A DNA stretch of 64,000 nt from Prorocentrum cordatum (taxonomy: Eukaryota), in the NCBI GenBank assembly GCA_963575745.1, contig CAUYUJ010000277.1, positions 1 to 64,000 of the forward strand, read 5' to 3'. Below the pieces are notes generated by a model. It was not told where the DNA came from. It saw nothing but the letters and a program-made list of their open reading frames with translations, and searched no databases. The translations under genes were made by a program, and so were the position numbers. Below, piece by piece: positions 37,065 through 48,631 of this stretch; position 1 is the stretch's first letter; each line of letters opens with the position of its first letter.

Positions 37065-40000
37065 TTCCCATATCCTAAGATGGGGTTCTTGTTGTTACTT
37101 GGACGCCTCCTACTCCTTCTTCTCCCTCTTCTCCTTCTCCTCCTCCTCATACCCAGACTTACTCACACTCAGATTTACTCATACCCAGACGTACTCAGAC
37201 ACAAACTTACTCATACTCAGACCTACTCATACTCAGACATACTCCTGCTCAGAGTTATTTCCCCATATCCTAAGATGGGGTTATTGCTCCCCATATCCTA
37301 GGATTGGGTTATTGTTTTCCCCCATATCCTAAGATGGGGTTATTGTTATTTCTTGGACGCTGCCGACTTATCCTCCTTCTTCTCCTTCTCATCCCCTCTC
37401 CTCCTCATACCCAGACTTACTCATACACAGACTGACTCACACTCGACTTACTCATACCCAGTCTTACTCACACACACAAAAATACTCATACTCAGACCTA
37501 CTCATATTCAGACCTATTCCTACTCAGACTTACTCATGCTGAGACTCACGCACGCCCCGTTCGCGCCTGTTTTGTGGGGATGCCTCTGGCTTCAGCCCCC
37601 CCGAAGGGGAGTCGCCAGGGGTATTTTCACGGTCCCGTTCGCGGCCGCTTTGTGGGGATGTCTCAAGCGGTTTGCCTGTGTTCTGTCCCAACACCCTTCG
37701 CTTTCGGAGCAGATTTGGAGGATGTCTCGAGCGAGGCGCTCATGTTCACCCCCCAGGTGGGCCAGATTTTGAGGATGTCTCGATCAGTGGCCAGACTCGT
37801 GGGCACAGATTCTCCGCAGGATGCCACTGGAGGCTCCAACAGGCTCCAGGAGGCCCCAGGGGACCACATGAGGTCCCAGGAGGCATCAGGAGGCCACAGG
37901 ATGTCCCAAGAGGCTCTAGGAGGCCCCAGGAAGCTCCGGGAGGCCTCAGGAAGCCACAGGAGGCCCCAGGAGGCCAGAGGAAGCGCCAGGAGGCCTCGGA
38001 AGGCAACAGGAGGCCCCGAGATGCCCCAGGAGCAGTCCCAAGCGCCCAAATGGCTAGACGCGCATTCCCAGATCCCACTGACAATTATCATTTTAAAAAG
38101 ATGCAAATATAGGGATCTCCACGCAGTGAGTAATTGCTTGGACGCCGCCGACGTCTCCTCCTTCCTCTCCTTCTCCTCCCCTCTCCTCCTCATACCCAGA
38201 CTTACTCATACACAGACTGACTCACACTCAGACTTACTCATATCCAGTCTTACTCACACACAAAATTATTCATACTCAGACCTACTTATACTGAGACCTA
38301 CTCCTACTCTGATTTACTCATGCTGAGACTCACGCACGCCCCGTTCGCGGCCGTTGTGTGGGGGGATGCCTCAAGCGGTTTGCCTGTTTTGTGTCCCAAC
38401 ATCCTTCGCTTTCGGGGCAGATTTGGAGGATGTCTCGAGCGAGGCGCTCAGTTTCACGTCCCGAAGGGGAGCCGCCGAGGGGTGTTGCACGGTCCCGTTC
38501 GCGGCCGTGTTGCGGGGATGTCTCAAGCGGTTTGCCTGTTTTCTGTCCCAACATCCTTCGCTTTCGGAGCAGATTTGGAGGATGTCTCGAGCGAAGCGCT
38601 CATTTTCACGTCCCTACGGGGAGCCGCCGAGGGGTGTTGCACGGTCCCGTTCGCGGCCGTTTTGTTGGAGGATGTCTCAAGCGGTTTGCCTGTATTCTGT
38701 CCCAGCATCCTTCGCTTTCGGAGCAGATTTGGAGGATGTCTCGAGCGAGGCGCTCAGTTTCACGTCCCTAAGGGGAGCCGCCGAGGGGTGTTGCACGGTC
38801 CCGTTCGCTTTCGGAGCAGATTTGGAGGATGTCTCGAGCGAGGCGCTCAGTTTCACGTCCCGAAGGGGAGCCGCCGAGGGGTGTTGCACGGTCCCGTTCG
38901 CGGCAGTTTTGCGGGGATGTCTCAAGCGGTTTGCCTGTTTTCTGTCCCAACACCCTTCGCTTTCGGAGCAGATTTGGAGGATGTCTCGAGCGAGGCGCTC
39001 ATTTTCACCCCCCAGGTGGGCCAGATTTTGAGAATGTCTCAATCGGTGGCCAGACTCGTGGGCACAGATTCTCCGCAGGATGCCACTGGAGGCTCCAACA
39101 GGCTCCAGGAGGCCCCAGGAGCCCAGATGAAGTCCCAGGAGGCATCAGGAGGCCACAGAAAGACTCAAGAGGCCACAGGATGTCCCAAGAGACTCTAGGA
39201 GGCCCCAGGAAGCTCCGGCAGGCCTCAGGAAGCTACAGGAGGCCCCAGGAGGCCAGAGGAAGCGCCAGGAGGCCTCGGAAGGCAACAGGAGGCCCCGAGA
39301 AGCCCCAGGAGCAGGAGGCCTCAGAAGGCAACAAGAGTGGCTCCAATCCCATGTGTTTGACGTATGCTCGTATAGATTGGGCCTCACCTGGAGCACGAAT
39401 CCTTGATGTCATACGTATGTTTCTATACATTGTCCTTCTCCTGTGTATTTATGTTCCTATAGGGCCTCTCCTGGGGCACGAGTCCTTGGTGTTTTACGTG
39501 TGTTCCTATAGATTGCCCCCTTCTCCTGTGGCTCCAATCCGCAATGCTTTATGTACGTCTGTTGCTATAGATTGCGCCCCTCCTGGGGCACGAATCCTCC
39601 CTAGGAGGTCCCAGGAGGCCCCAGGAGGCCCCACGAGGCTCCTGGAGGCCCCAGGAAGCCCCAGCAGGTTTCAGGAGGCCCCAGCAGGCCCCAGGAAGAC
39701 CCAGCCTCATGCGCAGAGACGCGCTCGTACTACTGAGGCTCATTCACACTCCAATTCATTCTCAGTTAGATTCATGACCAGACCGTCACAACTGAAGCCC
39801 GTTTATATTCGAAAGCTCTTGCGCCTAGACATTCACGGCGGACAGGTCCATGCGAATAGACACAAGCTTACTCATACTCAGACCCACTCATACTCAGATC
39901 TACTCCTACTCAGACTTACTCATGCTGAGACTCACTCATACCGAGACTACCTCATACTCAGAATTGCGGGGCGCTGGTTTCAGCACCCCTGATGGGAGCC

Positions 40001-40312
40001 GCCAGGGGTGATTTCACGGTCCCGTTCGCGGCCGTTTTGTGGGGATGTCTCAAGCGGTTTGATTGTTTCTGCCTCAACATACTTGGCTACCAGAGTAGAT
40101 TGTGCGGATGTCTCAGGCGGGGCGCTGGTTTCAGCACCCCTAGGGGGAGCCGCCAAGGGTGTTTTCAAAGCTCCGTTCGTGGCCGTTCTGTGGGGATGTC
40201 TCAACATGATATTCGCATGTTGCGTTGCATGGCTAGACGCGCATTCCCAGATCCCACTGACAATTATAATTTTAAAAAGATGCACATATGGGGATCTCCA
40301 CGCAGTGAGTAA
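37065..40312 (+). repeat. Composite tandem duplication (~787-bp unit) with an internal ~152-bp tandem array and a TACTCA minisatellite
   Basis: Unit starts at 37352 and 38139. CAGATTTGGAGGATGTCTCGAGC occurs at about 37710, 38418, 38570, 38724, 38817 and 38969. ATGGCTAGACGCGCATTCCCAGATCCCACTGACAATTAT occurs at about 38050 and 40229. Confidence 0.9.
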
Positions 40313-42145
40313 TTCTATCCTGGCAGGCGTTTATAAACATGGTTTGGGGAGAGGGCGGCAACCCGAGAATCATGCTCCCGGGAAGCTTTCCGGGAGCATG
40401 ATTTGTTCGGCTCTCTTAAGAGGGGGGGCTCTGGGGGCTTACCGAGGGGCCCTTGTCGGCAAGCCCATTGGAAACATGGTTGGTTGGGGCGGTGGGCGGA
40501 AGCCCAAGGAATCATGTTCCCGGAAAGCTCTGGGAAATACGATTTACCGAGGTCTCTTGGGGGCCCTCAGGGGGCTTCCCTGGGGGCCCCTGGGGGCTTA
40601 TTGGGGCTTCCGGGGGGCCTCTTGGGAGCCTCACGGGGCTTCTTGGGAGCCTCTTGATGGCCTCCGGGGGCGTCCTAGGAGCCTCTCAGGCTGGAGACCT
40701 TGTAATGTCGCGCTCTTCGGGCCCTCTTAGGTCGCTCTTGGGGCTCTCTTGGGGCGCTCTCGAGGCCCTCTTGAATTATCTGGGGAGCCTCCTGGGCCGT
40801 CTCTGGTCTTTCCTTGGGAGCTTCTTCAGCCGTCTTGGAGCGATCTGAAGGGCCTCTGACGCCGTCCGGGACCGTGGGGAGGCGGAACATGCGAGAGCGC
40901 AAAAATGCGGGGCCCTTTGGAGGGGCCTCTGGAGGCGTTCCTGGGGCGTTTTGGCGGCGTCGTCGGCCGTCCTGAGGCCATCTTCGGCGTGTCCGGGGCC
41001 TCTTGGGGCTGTCTTGGCAATCTTTAGGGCCCTCTTGGCGTGTCGTGGCGTGTTTGGGAGCGGGCCCGGGCAGTCCCAGGAGCCCTGAGGGCTGTTGAAT
41101 GCTAGGTGTTGTCTTGGAGGCGGAGGCTGTTGAGTGCAGGGTGGCGCGTGCTACGCGGAAGGCGGGCGAGCGGCCGGGCAGGCGGCGGGCGGGCGGGTGA
41201 CGGGCGGGCGGGCGGGTCGGGATTTGAATGAATTCCTTAAGGGTGCTCTCTTGCAGCGGGAGCTTTTTGAGTACAGGGTGTTGCCTTGAAGACGGAGGCT
41301 GTTGACTACAGGGTGTTATCTTGGAGACTGAAGCTGTTGAGTACAGAGTGGTGCGTGCTACGCGGACGGCGGGCGGGCGGCGGGTGCCATAGGTGGTGGG
41401 TCAGAGGCCTCATGGGTGGTGGTTTGGATTCTCGTGGTTGGCCTGTCGGGGACGTCGTGAAGGCAGTTTCGCAGCTTCTCGGTAGCCATTTTGAGACCGT
41501 TGTGGGACCTCCTCGGGGCTGTTTTGTGGCCTCTTGAGGCCTTGTTTGGGTCTCCCGGGTGCCTCTCGGGGGCCTCTCGGGGGCCTCTGGGGGGCTCCTT
41601 GGGGCCTCCTGGGGCACTCTTCAAGCCGGAGGGTCTAATTTTGGAGTCGTGGTGCCCCTCTTGGGCGCATCTTGGGGCCGTCTTGGGGCTCTCTTGGGCG
41701 CCTCTGGGGCCGTCTGGAGGCCCCCTTGGGCCGTCTTGGGGCGCTCTTGGGAGCCTATGGAGCCGGCCTAAAACGTCGGACAGCCGAAAAGGCTGGAAGG
41801 CCAAAATCTCTCCAAAACCTTAGTAGAATTGACGATTTTGGTCTCTTGAAGCGCTCGGGGGAGGCGTCTTGAAGCGTCGTGGAGTGCCTTGGGGTGCTTC
41901 TCGGGCCGTCTTGGGCCTATCTTGGGCAACCAGGAGCGGTCTTTCGGCGACTCGGGGCCCGCTTGGGCCGTCTGGGGATCCTCTGGAGGCCCTCCTGGAC
42001 TATTTTGGACCTTCCCGGCCGCCCCGTCCTCCCATGGGGGGTCGGGGCAGCTGTTTGTGGGCCCCGGGCCTGCCCCCCAGGCCTGCCCCCAGGGTGTATA
42101 TATATATATATATATATATGATTGATTGATTGATTGATTGATTAG

Positions 42146-42178
<33 letters not shown>

Positions 42179-42604
42179 ATGCAGTCTACGGTGGGTTGGA
42201 GGGGACTTCTTGGGGCCTCCTGGGAGCATCTGGTGCCAAAAGCTCGGAATTTGAATATGGTTTTTCACCTCTGGGACCCCTCGGGGGCTCGTCCTGGGGC
42301 TCTCTTGGGCGGTCTTAGGGGCCGCTCGGGCCGTCTTGGGACCCTGTTGGGTCGTCTTGGAGCCCTCTTGGGAGCCGCAGGGGCAGTCTTAGGGGCCTCT
42401 TGGGGCTGTCCTGGGGGGCCTCTGGGAGCTTCTTGGGGCGTCAGGGAGGCCTCTCGGGGTGTCTTGGGGGCCATCTTGCACGTCTTGGAGCGGCCTGTGC
42501 TTCTTGGAGCGGCCTGCGGGCGTCTCGGGTCCCTCTTGGAGCGGCTTCGAGCTCTCTCGGCACTTTCTGGTGGCGTTTTATGGGCCTCTGGGGCCCCCCC
42601 AAGG

Positions 42605-43234
42605 GCACACACACACACACACACACGCACACACATACGCACACACACACACACACACACACACCCACACGCACACACACACGCACACAGACACACACAG
42701 ACACACACAGACACACACAGACACACACAGACACACACAGACACAACACACAACACAACACAACACAACACAACACAACACGACACGACACAACACAACA
42801 CAACACAACACAACACAACACACAACACAACACAACACAACACAACACAATACAACACAATACAACACAACACCACACACAACACAACATAACACATCAC
42901 AACACAACACACAACACACAACACACAACACACAACACACAACACACAACACACAACACACAACACACAACACACAACACACAACACACGACACACGACA
43001 CACGACACACAACACACAACACACAACACACAACACCACAACACCACAACACCACAACACCACAACACAACACAACACAACACAACACAACACAACACAA
43101 CACAACACCAACACAACACAACACAACACAACACAACACAACACAACACAACACAACACAACACAACACAACACAACACAACACAACACAACACAACACA
43201 ACACACACAGACACACACACACACACACACACAC
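42605..43234. repeat. (CA)n/(CAACA)n/(CACAACA)n microsatellite
   Basis: Directly visible in the sequence. Confidence 0.95.
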
Positions 43235-43336
43235 TTGCGGTAGAGGTCGCGGCCCCTGGGGCCTGAGCCCGGATGCGCCGTTATATGTATACGCCCGGGC
43301 GCGAAAGGCAAACCGACTTATGTGTGTTCGCAATGC

Positions 43337-44484
43337 TCAAGCAGTGAACTTTCCAAAAGACAGCACCGTTGAGGAAGCGTTACAGCAGCTTGTACCAAAT
43401 GACCTGGTAATCCAAAGGCGCGCAAGCGAGCCGTCAAACCCTCTGTCGCTGAAGTACTGCCATTCAGTGCTACTAATCGCGCCTTGCATGTGGCACTTCC
43501 AATACAGTGCGGAGCCGTCGTAATAAGCCTGCACGTTGTTAAGCTCGAGCCGCAGGACGTGCAGGCCAAAATTCTCACAGTCCCCAAACCCGTGCGACAC
43601 ACAGCCCTCGCGAATCTGACGACGAACCTTGGCATCATCCAGGGAGTGAAACCACTGCAGGTTTTCTGAGAAATATATTTCACATTGCTGCGGTAAGTGA
43701 AACCCGTTTTCGCCACTATTTACCATCACCATATATGTGATGGGCGTGTCAACAAACATCTGATCCAGTCGGACCATGAATATGGACTCATATTCCGAAT
43801 TGTTAATGTTTTCCTGGAGGTGCTCTGCAAAAGCAGACTGCCAGAATTCTCCTTTGAACGTGGGGTCGTAAATTCCACGGCGCTTCTTGTGCGCAAAAGT
43901 TGTGTTGTTAAGTAATATGAAGCGCTTGGGCTTGTACCACCGTATCAAGTCTTGATGATAGATTGTGCCATTGTAGCACGGCTTGGTGAATATGTAAGTA
44001 TCAATTGCATAACTGCATAACCTTCTCTCTCCAGAATGTCAATTACATTTATCTTGTGCGACTTCCAAATACCAAATTGCACCTTATATGCGTGGTCACT
44101 GCACGTGTACGCACCCTCGTTTAGATGGAAACCTGAGTTTGAAGAACCAGACCGGAAGCTTTCTCCACGAAGTGCAAGAGCAATTCGTTTGTTTGCGTCT
44201 TGTCTGTTTGCGCGGCGCTCCAGACGCTGAGCGGGCATTGGAGATGCACGGGGGACCCTATGCGAGGCCACACCTCGCACAAACATTTCGGCGTCCAACT
44301 CACCATCGCATTGCGAGAGTTCGGGGCTAGCCAAATCTAGTCCCAAAGATCGTGGAGCTGCGCCAGTGGTCTGGTCGAGCTGCCCCACATTGGACGAGAT
44401 GGGCATGTGGGGTACCAGGCGCACTGCACATGCTGACCAAATCTGTACTGCAGCAAGACAAATGCGCGTCACTTGCAATTGCAT
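43337..44484 (-). pseudogene. Intronless gene for a secreted/type II membrane protein, possibly glycosyltransferase-like, split by one frameshift near 43950-43990
   Basis: Two abutting ORFs (179 and 203 aa) in lower-GC, non-repetitive DNA. Signal-like N-terminus, IALALRGESFR, SHKINVIDILEREGYAV..TY and YESIFMVRLD. Confidence 0.55.
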
Positions 44485-45632
44485 TACGAATCACACAATC
44501 TTCCAAATCCGCGGACCCCCTTTCGCCGGGGATGCAAAGCCGTGTGAGATGATTGGCTGCCCCCTCCCCCTTTGCTCCTCCCCTAGGGTTTGAAGTCCGA
44601 GAAGGGAGGGGGGGCGGGAGGGGGGGGGCCACGGGCTCCTCAACGCTCCCCTGGGGCCATCGGAGCCTCCATTTCTACACTCCGTGGCCTCCAAGATGCT
44701 CAAGATTCCATATAAGCTTGATCAAGCTGGGCTCCAACACGACAAGGAGGCTTCAAAACCAATCAAGATGACCTCAAGACGGCCCAAGAAGCCTCCAAGA
44801 CGCCCCCAGACAGCTCCAAGGGGAACGGAAGAGGACCCCGAGAGGCCAACATCGCCCCAACTCCTTGGGACAATTCTCATGCTTTACATGTCCACCCTTT
44901 TGGTGTCAGCAGCGTTCCAAACGGCCCAAGAGGCTCCCAAGATCGCTGCAGGACCCCCAAGACGGCCCAAGAGACCGCCAGCAGGCTCCCAACAAACATC
45001 CAAGAGGCTCCAAGAGGCCCCCGAGAGGGCCAGAAGATGCCCCAGCCGGCCCCCGGTTCCCAAGAGGCAGAAGACCTCACGCGCGGACTTCTTTTCCCAT
45101 CTGGGGTGGCGCGGATACAGTCAATCGAATTTCGGATTCAGTCAAAATAATAAACAAAACAGATGTCTGGATAAAGTCGGCCTGAGTGGACACGGCTTGA
45201 ACCAGGGAAGACAAGCACAAGGAGGAAGACAAGCAGAAGGACGAGGAGGAAGAGATTGAGAAAACAGTCACTCGGAGGAATGGAGCGGAGAAGGAAGAGA
45301 ACGACGAAAGAGGACAAAGGCACACAAGGAAAAGGACGTCGAAGAAGGGGGGTCCTCGAGATCTTTTGAGGCTACCCTTGGGGCAATTGAGGCCGTGCGG
45401 GGATATCTTGGGGCATCTTGGGGGCCTCATGAGGGCCTTTCGGGGCGCTACTCTATTGGGTGATTATAGTGTCTTCGTCGCCGCGGAGGAGATTGAGGTC
45501 AACCGCGAGGCGCGGTTCGGCGACCGGCTGGGGCAACCGAGCCACGGCTTTCGCTCGAATCCCAAAGGAGGAGGAGGAGCAACAGCAGGAGGAGAAGGCT
45601 CGCGCCGGTTGCAGCCAGGGCGTGCCAGTACG

Positions 45633-45948
45633 TGTGACACGTGTGGTGGAGTCGGACACCTACGTCTAAGCTGCCCCAGCGGTAAGCGTCGAGGCGGGGC
45701 CGATCCGTCGAAGGAGTGCGCCATCTGCTTGGGCAAGCGGCAAGGGGCATACGGCTCTTGATCATCGGCTTCCTGGTGTCGGTCTCTGCGAAGAGGCGGA
45801 CTATCGGGAGCTGGGGCTCGAGGAGAAGTTCGCCGCCGAGACTGCCAGGGACGTCGCGGCCGAAGGAGGGAGCAAGGGAGGGGGGTCTTGTTAGAACTGG
45901 CAGAGGGACGGGACCTGCAAGTTCTGCGATAAGTGCCTGTTTCAACAT
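45633..45948 (+). pseudogene. Decayed zinc-finger region (CCHC knuckles plus CCCH finger), gag-like or RNA-binding remnant
   Basis: CDTCGGVGHLRLSC (CX2CX4HX4C), a degenerate CAICLGK, and C*NWQRDGTCKFCDKCLFQH (CX8CX5CX3H) at 45889-45948. Confidence 0.6.
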
Positions 45949-48220
45949 GAGCCTGCTGATCGTCGACACCCTCACTTCCCGGCTCCGCCGCCCAGTCCAG
46001 CAGCTGGTGGAGGTCAAGGGGGAGGAGGGTTGCCGGTACATCGCTGCGAAGCCTGCGAGAAGGGGCTCTCGCCGGAACATGCACTGTTAGTGCATTCCGT
46101 GACGAAGAATCCTGGGGGCTGGGGCAGACCCGAGTCCCGGAAGGACTCCGCGGCTCCATCTGCAGGCCACGTCGCCCAGAAGCGCTCGCCGCCGCAGCAC
46201 AGGCGCGGCCGCCTTTCCCCCGAGCCGCCCCTGGGCCTTGACGCCCGCCGATCGCGCAGTCGCGCAGCGCCGGCCACTGGTCCGACGGCCGCTCGCTGGC
46301 CGCCGCCAACAGCCGCCGACGACGACGACCACGCCCCCCGCCCCCCGCCTCCGTCCCCGCCCACGCCGTTGCCCCCGCCAGCCTGCGTCCCCGCCCACGC
46401 CGTTGCCCGCGCCCGCCCCGCTTGTCGCCCAGCAGCCGCCGACCACGAGTAGCTGACGACAGCCCCCGCCCGTCCCCCCGTCCGCCCCTACGTGCGTGCT
46501 TGCTGCCCCTGCCGCTCTCCCCTCCCCCTCCTCCTGATTCGTGTCTGTTCGGTGCGTTTTTCCTCGTCCTCCCTCCCCTCCCCCCCTCCTGCAAGCCCGG
46601 AGATCCAACCCGCGGGCGACCGAAGTGCGATCGGCGGGCCAGGGGCTGTCCAAGATGGCACCGAGACTCCCCAGGCGGCTTGCAAAAGGCAAGTGCTCCA
46701 ATCTTGAATTTGGAGGCGCGGAGAGGAGCGGCGTAGTTCGAGGATCGATCTGATTCTGATGTGCTAGGAGGAGGAGGAGGAGGAGGAGGAGGTGGAGGAG
46801 GAGGAGGAAGGGGAGGAGGAGGAGGAGGAGGCGGAGGCGGAGGCGGAGGCGGACGAGCAAGAGGGGAGGAAGGGGAGAAGGATCTTCCCCAGGAGGGGAG
46901 AGGTTAAAAAAAACCTGGATCGGGGGAAACCCGAACCCACACTCACAAAAAGACGCCCCAGTTCGGGGAAAGGTTCTGCCCCGACGGCCCAACTCCACCA
47001 GCGGGGGTGGCCTCTGCAATCCTCCGCCATCATCATCATCCCATTCTTGAACGTGGATCAAACATGAAGAACCGAACTTGTTACGTCGTGAAAGAAACCC
47101 CGTGCAAGGCCTCAAGGAATAAAATAAACACCAACTTGGGCCAGGACAAACAGATTAAGCCGCCAGTGCGGATGAAGATGTGCAAGAAGAAGCGGAAAAG
47201 AATCGTCCTCCCACTCTTTCTCCTTCTCCTACTCCTCCAACTCCAGAGGCCGTCCACGGCGACATCAACCCTGACTCTACCGAAAAAGCGCCCGAGAAAA
47301 GCGCAGCGACGCGGCAACGGCGCAACCGCCGATCGAGCCGAGCCGACCGAGCGCAACCAGCTGCGGCGCGGCCAGCCCGACCGAACGGCGGACACCGGAC
47401 GGCGGACACCCCGCACCAGGGCTCGAGCTAAGCAGTGTGCTTCGTTTTCGTTATGTTTTCGTTTCCATGTGTGACGTCTTAGTTCTGCCTTTGCTGTGGA
47501 ACAAAACCAAGACAAGGAGGGCTCAGAAAGTCGCCAAGACACCGTTTAGCTCAAGCCCTGCCCTGAACGACCCCGGGTCTGGCTCTTCCCATCCTGGTGC
47601 GCTCTTGAGCGTCCCCAGGCTGGGTCCGAGAATCGTGGAAAAAAACGTCGGCCGTGATGCTTGTCGACGACGCAAACAGGTCCTAAGTCGCCAGCGATGC
47701 AAATGTTCCCTTCCCCCCACCCCTCTCTTTGCTCTCCCTCCCACTGTCCCTCCCCCTCTTCCTCCCCCTCTTCCTCCCCCTTTCCTTCCCCTCTCCCTCT
47801 CCCTCCCCTCTCCCTCCTTCTCTTCCTCCCCCTTTCCCTCCCCCTCTTCCTCCCCCGGTCATCCCGCCTTCCGTCCCCCCTTCCACCCACTTCCTCCCCC
47901 CATGCCTCCCCTCCTCTCCTGTCTCGCCAGCGAAATCAGACCTCTGACGCCTGCACCCAGGGCCAGCAGTCACCCGGGACTCGAAGACACCGAAGCCCCT
48001 CCACCGCGATCGCCCCGCCCTCGCCCACGATGCGCTCTCCCGCCCCCCCCTCCTCGGCGGGGCGGGCGCAGACGTCAGAGGCCCGACGACGGCCCACGTC
48101 CGGCCCACGCGCGCGCGCCCTGCGCGCCCTCCTCCCTGCCCGCGCGCGGCGGCACCCCCCCCCTCCTCCTCCTCCTCCTCCTCCTCCTCCTCCTCATCAT
48201 CCTCCTCCTCCTCCTCCTCC

Positions 48221-48315
48221 TGTTGGAAGTCCATCTCTCTCGTCGCTCTCTCTGCCTGCACCGCAGCCGGCTTGGGTCAAGCTGATCCCAGGAAAAGAGC
48301 ATCTGCTGTCTAACA
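48221..48315 (+). repeat. 5' LTR, 95 bp (TGTTGG...CTAACA)
   Basis: Matches 54792-54889 and has TG..CA termini. Confidence 0.9.
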
Positions 48316-48333
48316 TGGCAGCGGAGCAGTGGT
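48316..48333 (+). promoter_or_regulatory. Primer binding site TGGCAGCGGAGCAGTGGT, resembling an initiator tRNA-Met PBS
   Basis: TGG immediately follows the LTR CA. The tRNA identity is inferred. Confidence 0.6.
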
Positions 48334-48631
48334 ATTAGGAAATCGCAGGTTTCAGATCCACGGGGAACCCGGGGAACAGTTCTAGGACGGTCAAGGAAGA
48401 AAGAAATGGCCCAAGGGGTCATAGACACGAAACTTCTCGGAAAGAACGTCAAAGAGTTTCGGGCAGAGATGCTGATTGGCCAGACTGGTCGTTTCAGTTT
48501 GAAAACTATGCAGATGCAGTGAGTAGTGAAATGTTGGAACATGTGGAAATCGCCAGAACGAGGCAGGATCCAATACAACTTTCAGAGATGGCCGCACCTG
48601 TGAGACAGCATGCGGCTAATCTGGCTACATC

